Shown: in pieces, positions 17,298 through 29,035 of the stretch
Layout of the letters: every line of letters starts with the position of its first letter
Numbering within the stretch: the stretch's first letter is position 1
Assembly: GCF_009914755.1 (NCBI RefSeq)
Contig: NC_060931.1
Length of the DNA: 64,000 bases
Strand: one strand, 5' to 3'
Source of the DNA: the human T2T-CHM13v2.0 reference genome, Homo sapiens
Made by a program: the position numbers and the translations under genes
The notes under the pieces: model-generated
What the model saw: only the letters and a program-made list of their open reading frames with translations
Told to the model about the DNA's origin: nothing
Databases searched by the model: none

Positions 17298-17792
17298 TGT
17301 GGTGGATTGATGTTATAAATGGCCCTGATGCTTCACCCTTCATGATATTCATGCCCTTTGCCACAAGATTTTGCTGCTCTTCTCATCAAGAAGTATCTTT
17401 CCTTGCCCCTTGGCTCTGAGTCTAGTCATGTGACTTGTCTTGGCCAATGGGATGGAAGCAATTTTGCCAGAAGCAAACGCATAGAAAAGCATCTGCACAC
17501 TGCCAAGTCAGCTTATGCTATAAGGACACTGTCTAGGAAGAACATGCTTGGCCTTGCTTGCTGGAGGGCAGGAGACACATGGAAGAGAGCTAAGTTGTCC
17601 TACTAAGGCCGGCCTAGGCCAGCCAACAATGAGCCAGCCCCTGGACAGCTGAGTGAGCTCAAGTCAGAACCAACTAAATGAGTCCAGCCTACATCATCCA
17701 CAGATTCAGGAACTAATAAATGCTGAATGCTTTAAGCCCTTGAGTTGTATACTGTTTGTTAAGCAGCATTATTGTGTTAACAGACAACTGGA
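17298..17792 (+). mobile_element. MaLR LTR (MLT1H-like)
   Basis: 'tgtggtgga...catgtgacttgtcttggccaatggg...aataaatgctgaatgctttaagcc...aagcagca'. Confidence 0.85.
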
Positions 17793-17894
17793 GAGTTTTC
17801 ACAAAGTTTTACAATATCAAAAAAATACAAGAAAAATATACCCTATAAATAATGCAAGAAAAGATTATTTAGTCACCAGATTTAAAATACAAAC

Positions 17895-18627
17895 ACGGGA
17901 AAAATGGAAATTAAATCACAATGAGACACCACTTCACACCTGCCAGGGAGAACTATAATCAAAGATAGACAATAACAAATGTTTGCAAGGATATGAAGAA
18001 TTTGGAGCCTTTGTATGTTGCTGTTGGGAATATAAAATGGTGCAGCCACTTTGGAAAACTGTCAAACAGTTCCTCAAAATGTTAAACATAGCAATACTCC
18101 TCCTTGGTATTTACCCAAGAGAAAGGAAAACCTAGGTCCATGCAAAAACTTGCACAAATGTTCATGAGAGCATTACACAAATGGCCAAAAAGGAAACAAT
18201 TCAAATACGGATCCACAGATGAATGAATAAACAAAATTTGGTATATCCATACAATAAAATATTACTCAGCAAGAAAAAGGAATGAAGTACTGATATATGT
18301 GATGATATATGAGTCTTGAAAACATTATGCTGAATAAAAGTAGCCAGTCACCAAAGCCCATGTATTGCCTGACTCTATTTATACAAAATGCCCCAAACAG
18401 GCAATTCTATACATGAAGAAGACAGATTGATCATTGCAGAGGTGGAGGGCATGGGAATTAACTGCCAAAGAGTACAAGGGGTTTCTTTTCAGGTAATAAA
18501 AATGTAAACTTAGATCACAGTGATCATGGTGATGGTTACACAGCTCTGTGTTATGCTAAAACTCATTTAATTGTCAATAGGTGATTTTTATACTATGGGA
18601 ATTATATCTCAGTGAAGCTGGTAAAAA
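17895..18627 (+). mobile_element. Old L1 3' end (L1MB7-like)
   Basis: ORF2 C-terminal DNA 'aaatggtgcagccactttggaaaac' and a 3' UTR ending 'gaattatatctcagtgaagctg'. Confidence 0.9.
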
Positions 18628-19199
18628 TTACATAAACACTTCAGCCTCATCTTCTGACCAAAACATGGCTTGTTTCTTGTTTTAGGCTCTCTTATATCTA
18701 CCTTCTTGATTGGAAGCTTTATAGTGAAAACAGAACAAATCAAAAGTCTTAGTATTGCTTCTTTAGAATCACACACGTATTTGCTGTATTTGACACATTT
18801 GAAAAGTGAAATAATGAAGAATTTTTGATGTTCTATAATAGACACTGATTTTTCACAGAACTCCAGCTCTGTCTTTCATTTTCATGTTTTCTGTGATACT
18901 CATGCTCGGCTTGCTCTTAAAACTCACCTGTGAAAAAGAAAGGGCACTACTTGCCACATCTTAGGTTTGCATATCAAGGCCAACTTCAGTGTGTAAACGA
19001 CACTTGCACCAGGCATGCTTGGAGCTGTTCCCAATTTCGTGTTCACAGCCTCTCCTCCAGCAGCAGGTTTGAGGTTTAACTTGCCCAGTTGTGAGAACTG
19101 AGTAAATAGACAGCCCGCAGTGCTGTCATCTAAGTTACCTCTTCTGGAACCCCCACTCACTGCTCCCGCCACAGCTTTTCTTCAGCTCTTCATGATTTT

Positions 19200-20360
19200 T
19201 GCCTAAATTACCACATTTTCTGGACTAGCTCACTTGCTTCTGGTTTCACTCCCCTCGAGTCCACTCTCCTAATTGCCCCCAGAGTGATGGTTGTGAAGTG
19301 GGTATCCTGGCCATTTCATACCCTTACAAAAAACAATTCTAGTGGCTTCCAATCCATACAGATAAAAGAAAAAATTTCATAGTATAACTTGGAAGGCCTT
19401 TCATAATCCGACAGCCGCGGGAAATCTTGCCACTCCCTCCCCTTGGAGCTAATAAACATTTGCTGTTCTCTCTCGTGCCTTCAAATAAGTGCTCCCTTGT
19501 CTTTATGTGTGGTAGAGGAGAAGAAATTAAAATTACAAATAAATTAAATATATTGGGAGAGACAGAAATGGGGAGTTGCTGCTCAACAGGTATAAAGCTT
19601 CATTCATTCAAGATGAAAATGTTCTAGAAATCTGTACAACATTGAACTTAGCGTTAACAATACTGTACTGCACACTTAAAAAATTTAAGAGGGTGTATCT
19701 CATGTTATATATTTGTTACAATAGAATAGATGAATTTATAAATATTTATATAGATTTGGATATAGCTTTACTGACCTCTCTTCACTTGATAAGCCCCCTC
19801 ATCCTCTTGCAGTCCTTTTAGCACCAACTCTGCCAGGAGGCCTTTCTAAATCTGAGATTTGTGTCCTCTCGTATTTTAAGCTACTGGATCAGAAACTACC
19901 TGTCCTAAACCCACCTGAGCAAAGCACCCTCGTCCATGTTGCCAGCAGTGCTCTATGTACACATGTACACATCACACAGCATTATCATTCCTGGGTTTTA
20001 TTTTTCTGTAAACTTTTTGCATAGCCAATTGTTACCAGTCCATATAATGTCTTTCTTTTATTACTGTAATTCATTTTAATTAGTTAATTCCTGCATCCTC
20101 ATTTTTTCCTGCCATTACCTCTCCCTATAGCCACCTGCTGTATAGCATTCTTTGGATTCATAAACATGTATGGATTCTTGATTGTGGATAAGACTGTGAA
20201 AATGTCTGCGTATTTTACACATAATTGCTATTCACCTGTCTCTCTGCTGCTGAATTGGAAGCTACTTGAGGAAGGGAAACCAGCCTTTTCCCAACCTGAA
20301 CACCTTGCACAGTGTCTGATTCCCAGTAAGAGCTCAATAAATGAGTGTCAAATCCATGCA
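19200..20360 (+). mobile_element. Fragmented L2, interrupted by an L1 end
   Basis: L2-like 'agtggcttcca...aaggcctttcataatc' and the 3' end 'gcacagtgtctg..cagtaagagctcaataaatg'. Confidence 0.55.
19555..19730 (+). mobile_element. L1 3' end (L1MB1/L1MA10-like)
   Basis: 'aaatggggagttgctgctcaacaggtataaag...ttaacaatactgtactgcacacttaaaaa'. Confidence 0.85.
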
Positions 20361-20596
20361 TGACATGATACATTAATGAATTAAAAGCCCTACATTTTAG
20401 TTTAATTTCTAATAATCTTGGTGGGCTTTACAAGTTTTATCTCTCTTGCTACAAATCTAACCATGAGAACTTGCAATAAGCGCTAAAAATCTTAAAATAT
20501 GAGACCATTTGAATCTCAGCCTCTTTTGCTGCCCATGTCTTCCTTCTCTGGCATGTCCCTGAAGCACTCTGTCCCAACTGATACTAGTAGATATTT

Positions 20597-20615
20597 TAGA
20601 CCATCTAGTGGACAG
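20597..20615 (-). promoter_or_regulatory. Candidate CTCF site
   Basis: The minus strand reads TGTCCACTAGATGGTCTA, matching the CCASYAGRKGG core. Confidence 0.45.
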
Positions 20616-22106
20616 TAGCTTAAATGTTTGACAGATTTCTACTTCTTTCTCAAAATGGTTGCTGATTAATAGCTGAAAGGATCAACCCCAGAGGGAACCT
20701 GAGGTTTCCTACCTGCCCAAAGCCAGCTTTCACATTCCCATTTCCCACCAGAGGACTGCAAAGATTTTTCCCTTGACTTTGAAATAACACTTGGTTTTAC
20801 AGTCTGCTTGCCTGTGGTTTAGGAACCGAGCATGTCAGCACTCCTTTTTACTGCCTCAGTGCAGCAGCAAATGTGTTCTGTTCTCTCCTTTCAAAAGTGA
20901 AGATTGTATTTTAAAATCACTCTTGCCCCTAGGGAGCCACTCACTCCTAACTCCCTGACAGGCCATGAGGACCTCAAAATTAAGAAAGATGTCCAGAAAT
21001 GTGAGTTTGTACAGAAAGGACTAGAAAACCACCCAGACATGTAACAGCTCGGTTACGTGCCTGGCTTCTGTCAGGAGAAATGTGTGTCTGAATTTTCAGG
21101 CTCATAATAGACATGTACAGCTAACCGACTTTTATTTGCCTCTGTCATATTGATCTATCAGTGAATCTATAATAGAAGATGGGAGCTTGGAAAAGTAAAA
21201 AGTAATAACCATTGAGATGGATAGCCTGAGCAGAAATGTAGTTTCATGGGGACACTTAGTGCAAAGAACTGTAGATTCATGTCAAGGGGGCACAAGTATC
21301 CCCTTCAAAGCCAACTGTTAAAACACCTAGTGCACAGATGACCTGCCTTCAGAATATGATATGTTTCTGTATTGATTTTCAGAGTTTCAGAACAACAGGA
21401 AGTAGCCAAATGAAAGTTTCTTTGCAGAGCACTAAAAGTAATTTACCTTCTGCCTTTGATTTCAGCTTCAGATTTTGTTTTATGGTGCAAAGTACAAGTG
21501 CTTATTTTAAAAAATTCATTTCTAACTTATGGTGGAAAGCAGCACCAGAGACCAAGGAAGTGTGGAGCAAGAAATGAGCCATGAAATGAAACAAAGCAAA
21601 ACCCCCCAAATTGCATCAATGGAGTTAGTGGTAAGTCATTACACAATGAAGTTTGTCTTTTAAGCACAGGCCCACTGATTGGCAGGCAGGATTTTACCAT
21701 TATCAGAATGAGGAGCCTATAAAATGCCCAAAACTGTGGCTTTGAAGTCATCTATATTTAGCTTCTGTAATTCCATCTTTTGTACATCCCTTTGCATGAA
21801 AAATAAAGTGTCATATTCAAATAAAATTGGCCTTCCAGGACAGAAGAAAACACAGTTTACTTTCCAGTACAAGTTGGTACCATTTGCACATGTTTGGTCT
21901 ACAATAAGTACTAAGCATGGGGCAATACTAATAATTTGTGAGTCTTGACTAGACCTCTTCTTTTAAAGAGATTATTCACTTTATATTCAAATAAATTTGG
22001 TTTATACAGTATATGATGATGCAAGGAAACAAGTTTCAGCTTATTCAATGCCCAAACTTGAAATTTATTTGTTTCCATTGTTTTCTTCATTTGGGGCTTT
22101 AAGAAG

Positions 22107-22560
22107 TTGCATTAAGCAGAGTTCTGGCAAGAAACAGAACTCAAAAGAAGCAATTAAAGAGTTTCAACAGAGGCACAAAGCATGGGCAGGGTTAAGGGAA
22201 TTCAACCAAGGAGGGTGAAACAAGCATTCCTGAGGCTCCCAACCACCACCACGTCTGAAGTGAAGAGAGAAGGGAATGTTTAAAGAGTCCATGCAGCCTG
22301 AGTCTGAAGGGAAGGCCACCCAACAGGAGCTGGGGCCGATGGAAGAGGAGCTCAGACACTGCCAATCCATGAACCGAGGGAACAAACACCCCGACTTTTC
22401 TTTCTTCATGTCTTCTAGCTTCCTACCAGGGGCTCCTATTGGGTGAACCCCACTGAAAACCAGATAAAAAAAGCTTAGTTTCACAGTCTATTCATATCAG
22501 CCTGCTGAAACATACAGCCAAGGGAGAAAGCCCCAGAGTGATCCAGAAGGGCACATTAAA
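22107..22560 (-). mobile_element. ERVL solo LTR (LTR33-like)
   Basis: 'gggcagggttaagggaa..caaccaaggagggtgaa', 'caggagctggggcc' and 'aaacaccccgac'. Confidence 0.8.
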
Positions 22561-23959
22561 AAAAACAAACAAAAACGAAACAAAACAAAACATTGTATCA
22601 TAAGAGTATTTTATTCTAGATATGTGCTCTATACTCATAGAACTGGCAATATAATTGCAATTCTTCAACTTCAGCAGAAAAACAAAAATGCAGCTTTTTG
22701 CTGCACATATGACATACCCTGACCAAGTTAAGAGAGAGATTCGGCTTTGGGAAGAACAAGGATGAAGTAAGAGTATCTATAAGTGGGAGAAACTGTTAAG
22801 ATCTTCCGAAATAGAAGTTAAACGAAATTAAACAAAGCAGAACAAAAGCAATGGGTATCTGTTAACCTTTGCCTTCCACTTCTTAGCAAATACAACATTA
22901 CAGCAAGCATAAATACTGTGAAAATACTCCCAGGAGCCATGGGAATAACTAACCTCTTCCTCACTCTCTGCTCAAAAAACTCTCCTAATCAGACTATTGG
23001 AATATGCCCCCTAGTTAGTAAGAAAAACAACAGGAAACTGGGATTTGCTTTAAAGACATTTAATCATAGACTATATTTTAAAATGTGCATTATATCCACA
23101 AAAAGAGTGATATCAGTATCATATGTTTGTCAAAACAAGGTTAAAATATATATGAACTTTTGACTTTTCCCTGTCCAAATCACACCCTTGTAAGGAGCCC
23201 ATTTTATTGTAAACATTTAAATCTGTTAGGTATTAGATATGAGCTCAGTTATTTTTGTTTTGTGTATTTTTTTATTCACAGATGTTTTTATTATGCTTTC
23301 TGCAATCAAATGATCTGGGTTAGAATTAGAGGATTAGAATGCCATTGGATCTTACTTTAAAAATACAAATTTATCTATTTTCATTAGGAACCTGACATTC
23401 TTATCCAGAAAATTTACATTCCATACTGAATCCAGGTATTATGTAACACATATTGGTTGTATTTTTTTAAAAAAAGTAACAACTACTTCCCTACATAGAT
23501 AAAATATCTATCCATTATCCACCTATCTATGAATCTAAATTTACAATGAATCAAGTGCCAAAAATAGCCTAGCCTACTTACAGAGTTCTCTCTACAATTG
23601 CCAGTCACTGGAAAAATATTCACAATCCTTTAAGTCCATTAGGATGGTTGGTTCTCACTTCAGATAAAATGATAACTATGTTCTGCCCAAATTTGCTTTG
23701 CTTTCATTCTTTGCTTGCACTCTCAACAAAAACAACTTTTTAAAGCTTGAATATTTCATGAACAGTTTTGAATGGCTTCAATTGTTCTGTATTTTTAAAG
23801 TGCAGATAACTGTAGGAAAAATATATAGCTAAAGATGTCTCTCGAAGTATGTTGACACTCCAATTTCATTAGAACAGGATTAAAATGTATATTTACATGT
23901 TGTGTGTAAAGAAAATACCAGCTTTACAGTGGTAAGTATATATGTGAAGGACTCATTTC

Positions 23960-24355
23960 AGCATATGACTATACATACACCCACATACACATGCATAGAC
24001 ATAAACACAGACACACATATGCACACATATAAACATACACTTACACACATAAATGCACATATACATACATACATACACATACATATACATAGATATATAC
24101 ACATACACCTATATACATACTCATACATAGCCAGCCATAAACACATACATAATACAAGTACACAAACACACATATACACACATACACATAGGCATACACA
24201 CATATATACACACATACATACACACATATCACATGCATACAGATAAACACATGCACACATACACAAACACATACAAATGAACACATATACATACGGACAT
24301 ACACACATATACACATACACATACATATACACACACACATCCACATCCATACTCA
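23960..24355. repeat. About 400-bp degenerate (CA/TA)n low-complexity tract
   Basis: Near-continuous ACAC/ACAT/ATAC units, which explain the H/T/Y- and C/V/M-rich ORFs. Confidence 0.95.
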
Positions 24356-24459
24356 TGCTGACCTGGGATAGGACTGTGAAGAAAAAAGATAGGATTTGAA
24401 ATCAGAAAGTTGGCATTCAAACCTGATTCCACCTCTTCTTAATTATAATCTTAAACCTA

Positions 24460-24925
24460 CACTACCTTTTACCCTATCAATTACTTCTCTAGCAACTCCC
24501 CTGAACCCTGTGCTCTCATCCATAACTTATATATTTGTAATTCCCTGAACTCTCTGTATAGGCATCTGCCATCACTCATTTGCTTCCTAAGTACCATTGC
24601 CTTAAGTTCGCTCATCACTTGATTTTGTTAACTTGTCTCTTGTTTCAAGTCTCAGCTAACTTGTCACCTTCTCTAGGTTCCCTTCTTGAATTTCTCCAAA
24701 CTGAGTCAGATGACTGCCTCACTCTTACTCTCCTGTGGCCACTGTACATATCTCCTATATCACAGTGCTATCCCATTGTCTTTTGAATTTCTGTTACCTT
24801 GCATGTCTTCTCCACTGGATCAAAATTCTTTGGAGGACAGCACCTTTTTTGTCTACTTTCATATTTTCAGTACCTTATATGGCACATAGTTAGAATTTCA
24901 ATGAGAGTTTTATGAATAAATGAAT
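24460..24925 (+). mobile_element. L2 fragment
   Basis: 'tcaagtctcagctaacttgtcaccttctctagg' and the 3' end 'tggcacatagttag...atgaataaatgaat'. Confidence 0.7.
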
Positions 24926-26829
24926 CTTGAACTCACTGAATTTAACTTTTGACTCCCAGCCTCACCAAATCTTTAGGTACTATCCTTTCATAAAGAAATG
25001 AGGGAACATAAAATTCCAAGTGTTTCAGAAACATGCTAAAGTAAACAACAGAAAGAGTGGAGCAGAAGTTAAACCCAAGGCTGTCTTACTTCAAAGACTG
25101 TACTGTGTCATGTTCCCTTTCCAGGTAGTTCTCCAAACCTCTGTTTATCAGAGAAATGGGGCTAAGAAAACTGCCCACCCTACAAGGCTGATAAAAAGAA
25201 CCAGAGAAATCATGTTAGTTAATAATTTGGAACAGAGTAACAGAAAAGTCTAACTTTTTTATTTTACTTTTACAGAGGAAATATCTGTAAATAGCACAGA
25301 GAATAAGTGAATCCGAAGAGATTTCCTGGACACGTTTCCTTACCCCAACTTACACCAAAGGTTCTCTTTACCAAGCTCTATCCGGCCACCTTAGTCTCCC
25401 CCTAGCATGTGTGCTAAGCACAGATGCACTCCTAGAGTTTATATAAACCAGCACTGACAAGGAAAGTATAGAACCAGAATGAAGAGTATGAGGCTCAGGA
25501 AGGCTGCTCATTCTATTTGTCTGCAAAATGCCATCAGTTTGCAGTTTAAAGAGAGAACAACATAAGTAGAGCAAAGTTCAATTGCTCTCCAATTAGCCCT
25601 AATTAACGAATTGAAAGCTGTTTGTATATAACCAAAGATACCTTTTGTTTTGTTGTTGTGGTTCAGCAATTGAGATGAGTAGTCCAAGTGATTAGTAACT
25701 ACCAGAGAAGAAGGCAATTTGGGGACAAGTACATGCAATTTTAGTACTGTTTTATGGGGTAAATAATGAGTTTAGAAATGTTTTCACTATTTTAATAAGA
25801 AAAAAGAATTTTAACAAACATGGATTATTTGTAGCTATCCAAAGGCAATAAAATCCAAGGCAATCTATGGAAATTAGTCCCCCATTTTTGCAAGACAAAC
25901 GTGTGAATCAATTGTATTTTCCAATGCTCTGTTGAGAGGAGGTATCTCAGAAACGCAAAATGCATTACTTCATATTAGCAATGCCATTCCTACTGACAAT
26001 TTAACTTTCAGTGGCTCTAACTCGAGTCCAAACACACGTTTTCCACAAGAGTCCCATGGGAACTTGCAATCACCTTTTCATACCCCTAAGTTGGTGCAGA
26101 TCAGGAGCAAGCCCCCCTGGATGCTAAAGCAGGAGATCCTTCTCTCTCCTTCTTCCCCAACTGTCGTGTCTATAACTTACAAAATCAAAATGGAGTTTTT
26201 AGAAACAGGATGCTTGGACTGAAGACAGGAACGTGGGATGGGGCCCTGACAGGAGCAGGAATCACATGCAACTGGAGGGGTCATCAATGAGGGCCAGGAG
26301 CTGTGTGCTTCCTTTCACACTGTCTATCCATCAGTAATTTTCACCTGGTGCTCAGTCATTTTCTATCTATTATAACCAAATTCCCAGCCAGCTCAGAATG
26401 GGCTGGCCTTGAATATCCCTGTCTTTACTGAATTCTTTCTTTCTTAACTGACGCTTTGTGGTTGAACAGATGCATCCCAGATGTGCAAAAAATAGTTCAC
26501 ATTCACAGAGAATAAAGTCCTGGCTCATTAAAGGGAAGACAACATTCCGTCCTGGCTTAGAATACCAAGATAGCATTTCCCAGAGTTGACAGCGAATTGG
26601 AAAATTTAACAAAAGCCATAGAAATACTTCCTGGGTCACCAAGAAAGTCATAACAAGAGAATACCATTGATATCCCACCCAGTTCCAAGGGCTTCCCTTG
26701 GCACTTAGCCTCCTAGCCATCTCACACATACTCACCTTTCCTGACTCCTAGTTAGACCTCGTGTTGGTACCCATATACCTTTTTTTCTGGTTCAGAAAGG
26801 CTGGCCCCGAAAAGCAGTAGCAAAACTCT

Positions 26830-27134
<305 letters not shown>

Positions 27135-28976
27135 TCAAGTCTGTAAAGGCTGCAAAGGGTCTGAGCATGTTCCTCCAATTATCAAAAACCCATTCACAAC
27201 TCAGGAACTCTCAAGAGGTTCCTCCCTTCTCTATTGCCACTTACAGACCATCTTGCTCAAAGTGATGCTAGAAGTGCTGGCAAAGAGAACATCTTCACTG
27301 GAGTGTCTTGGGAGAAAAATTTCTTTGCTGCACATTTCTTAATAAAATTCAATTATGTAAAATGAGGAGAGAGTTGACTAAAGAAGATAGAATGAAAAGG
27401 AACCATTGCACAAAGATATGTTTTTATTTGACCAACAGGCTTTATTTTGATTCCCCAATCTTCTGGAACTCAGACTTTCTCAGCAAACAATTGCACTGCC
27501 CACTGAGAGTAAACAGCAAACCTGCCAATATCACAATATACCCTGAGATGAACACGTGTGAGGGAAAGACTTCATATGCCAGACATAATCCTGATGGTTC
27601 CCAAATACACACTGGTTCCCAGATAAAGTCTGGTGACTGGCTAATGCTTTTCACTGTGATTAAAAGCAAATACTTTAAAAAATATTTAATGATTCATTAT
27701 TATATTTTTCTGAGTGCTTAAGTCTATTGTCTCATTATTGTTTGTTTATTCGTAGTTTGGGAAAATTTTGTTGGGACAAGGTAACAAGATAGATCTCAGC
27801 TACAGCCAGAAGTCATAATGTTCAGACACACATTAATTCTGTGGACAATATGAGAAAATGGGAGCAACAATTACCCTATAATTAGGGTTGTGAACTGGGG
27901 AAGGGCAATGTCCAATATCACAGAGGGAGGGTTGAAAGAAACTAGAGATTTGACAGAAAGTGATCAAGCTCACAAACGTATCTATCATTGCCTCATTTTT
28001 TAATGTTTTAGGTGAATGAATTTGAGTTTCTGTGTTGAGCAATGACTTGAATATTTCATCTCACTCATGTAGCCCTTGTCACAGATTATTTTTCCTACTT
28101 TAGAATCTACTGGACTGCTATAAAATAAAACTCTAATGCTTGGAACAACAATAACAGAAACCAAAATTTTATGCTTTGTTCTTTTACAGGCCCCTTCAAA
28201 CCCCAGGAACAGGTGCTTTAAATTAGGCTGCCGAAGGCCAGTGGGGCCTGGCTTTATTATACTTTGGTAAATAATAGTCACTGTTGTCATCAGAGTTCTC
28301 TACACTTCCAGAAAATGTCACTAGCCACATGTCAGCAGGGTTCTTTGTCTAATTTCTACAGCTAAGGTGGCAAGAAGGTTATTAGAAGTAATAGCAAATT
28401 TAAAGTTTTATTAGCAGTAAACTGCAAAAGCTAATGGTGATGCCAACACTAGATAAAATCATTGTCACAGTTAATTCTGAACTCCTTATTTCAAGCTTAA
28501 TAATAGGAAACTCAATGGAAAGGATATTACACGCCCCATATCACTCATGAGTGCCTCAGGCCTGAGTAACTTGTTATTTTGCTCATGAGTGAAATAAAAT
28601 GCAGATTATACTGCCTGCTATCAGGGGCATTGTTTTAATTGAGGGTGTATGCATGGTGATGAGGGGGGCTCCGAGTAGGTTCTCATTTTTGTAAATGTTA
28701 TGAGAATATTCTTCTCATTTGTAACTGTGACTCGGCACATCACCTTTCTATTACTTGTGGGGGTGTGTGTGTGCTTTTAGAGTTACCTTTGTTTCAGCTC
28801 CAGAGAAATGAAAGCAGCTGGGGAGATGGGAGGGTAGCATTTGGTGCTTCTCACCAGCATTTCTGCAAAAGTGCCTCTCCAGCATTCTAGCGCCTTTGTC
28901 TTCAATCCCTCAGTCTACAGAGGCAAACAATGGAATATCTGTGTTGCTCTGTTTGTCTCATTCCAATCCTGTATGC

Positions 28977-28979
<3 letters not shown>

Positions 28980-29033
<54 letters not shown>
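28980..29033. repeat. (CA)27 microsatellite
   Basis: Perfect dinucleotide run. Confidence 0.98.

Positions 29034-29035
<2 letters not shown>

Noticed and set aside
23902-24432. H/T- and C/V/M-rich ORFs
   Set aside because: Artefacts of the CA/TA repeat.
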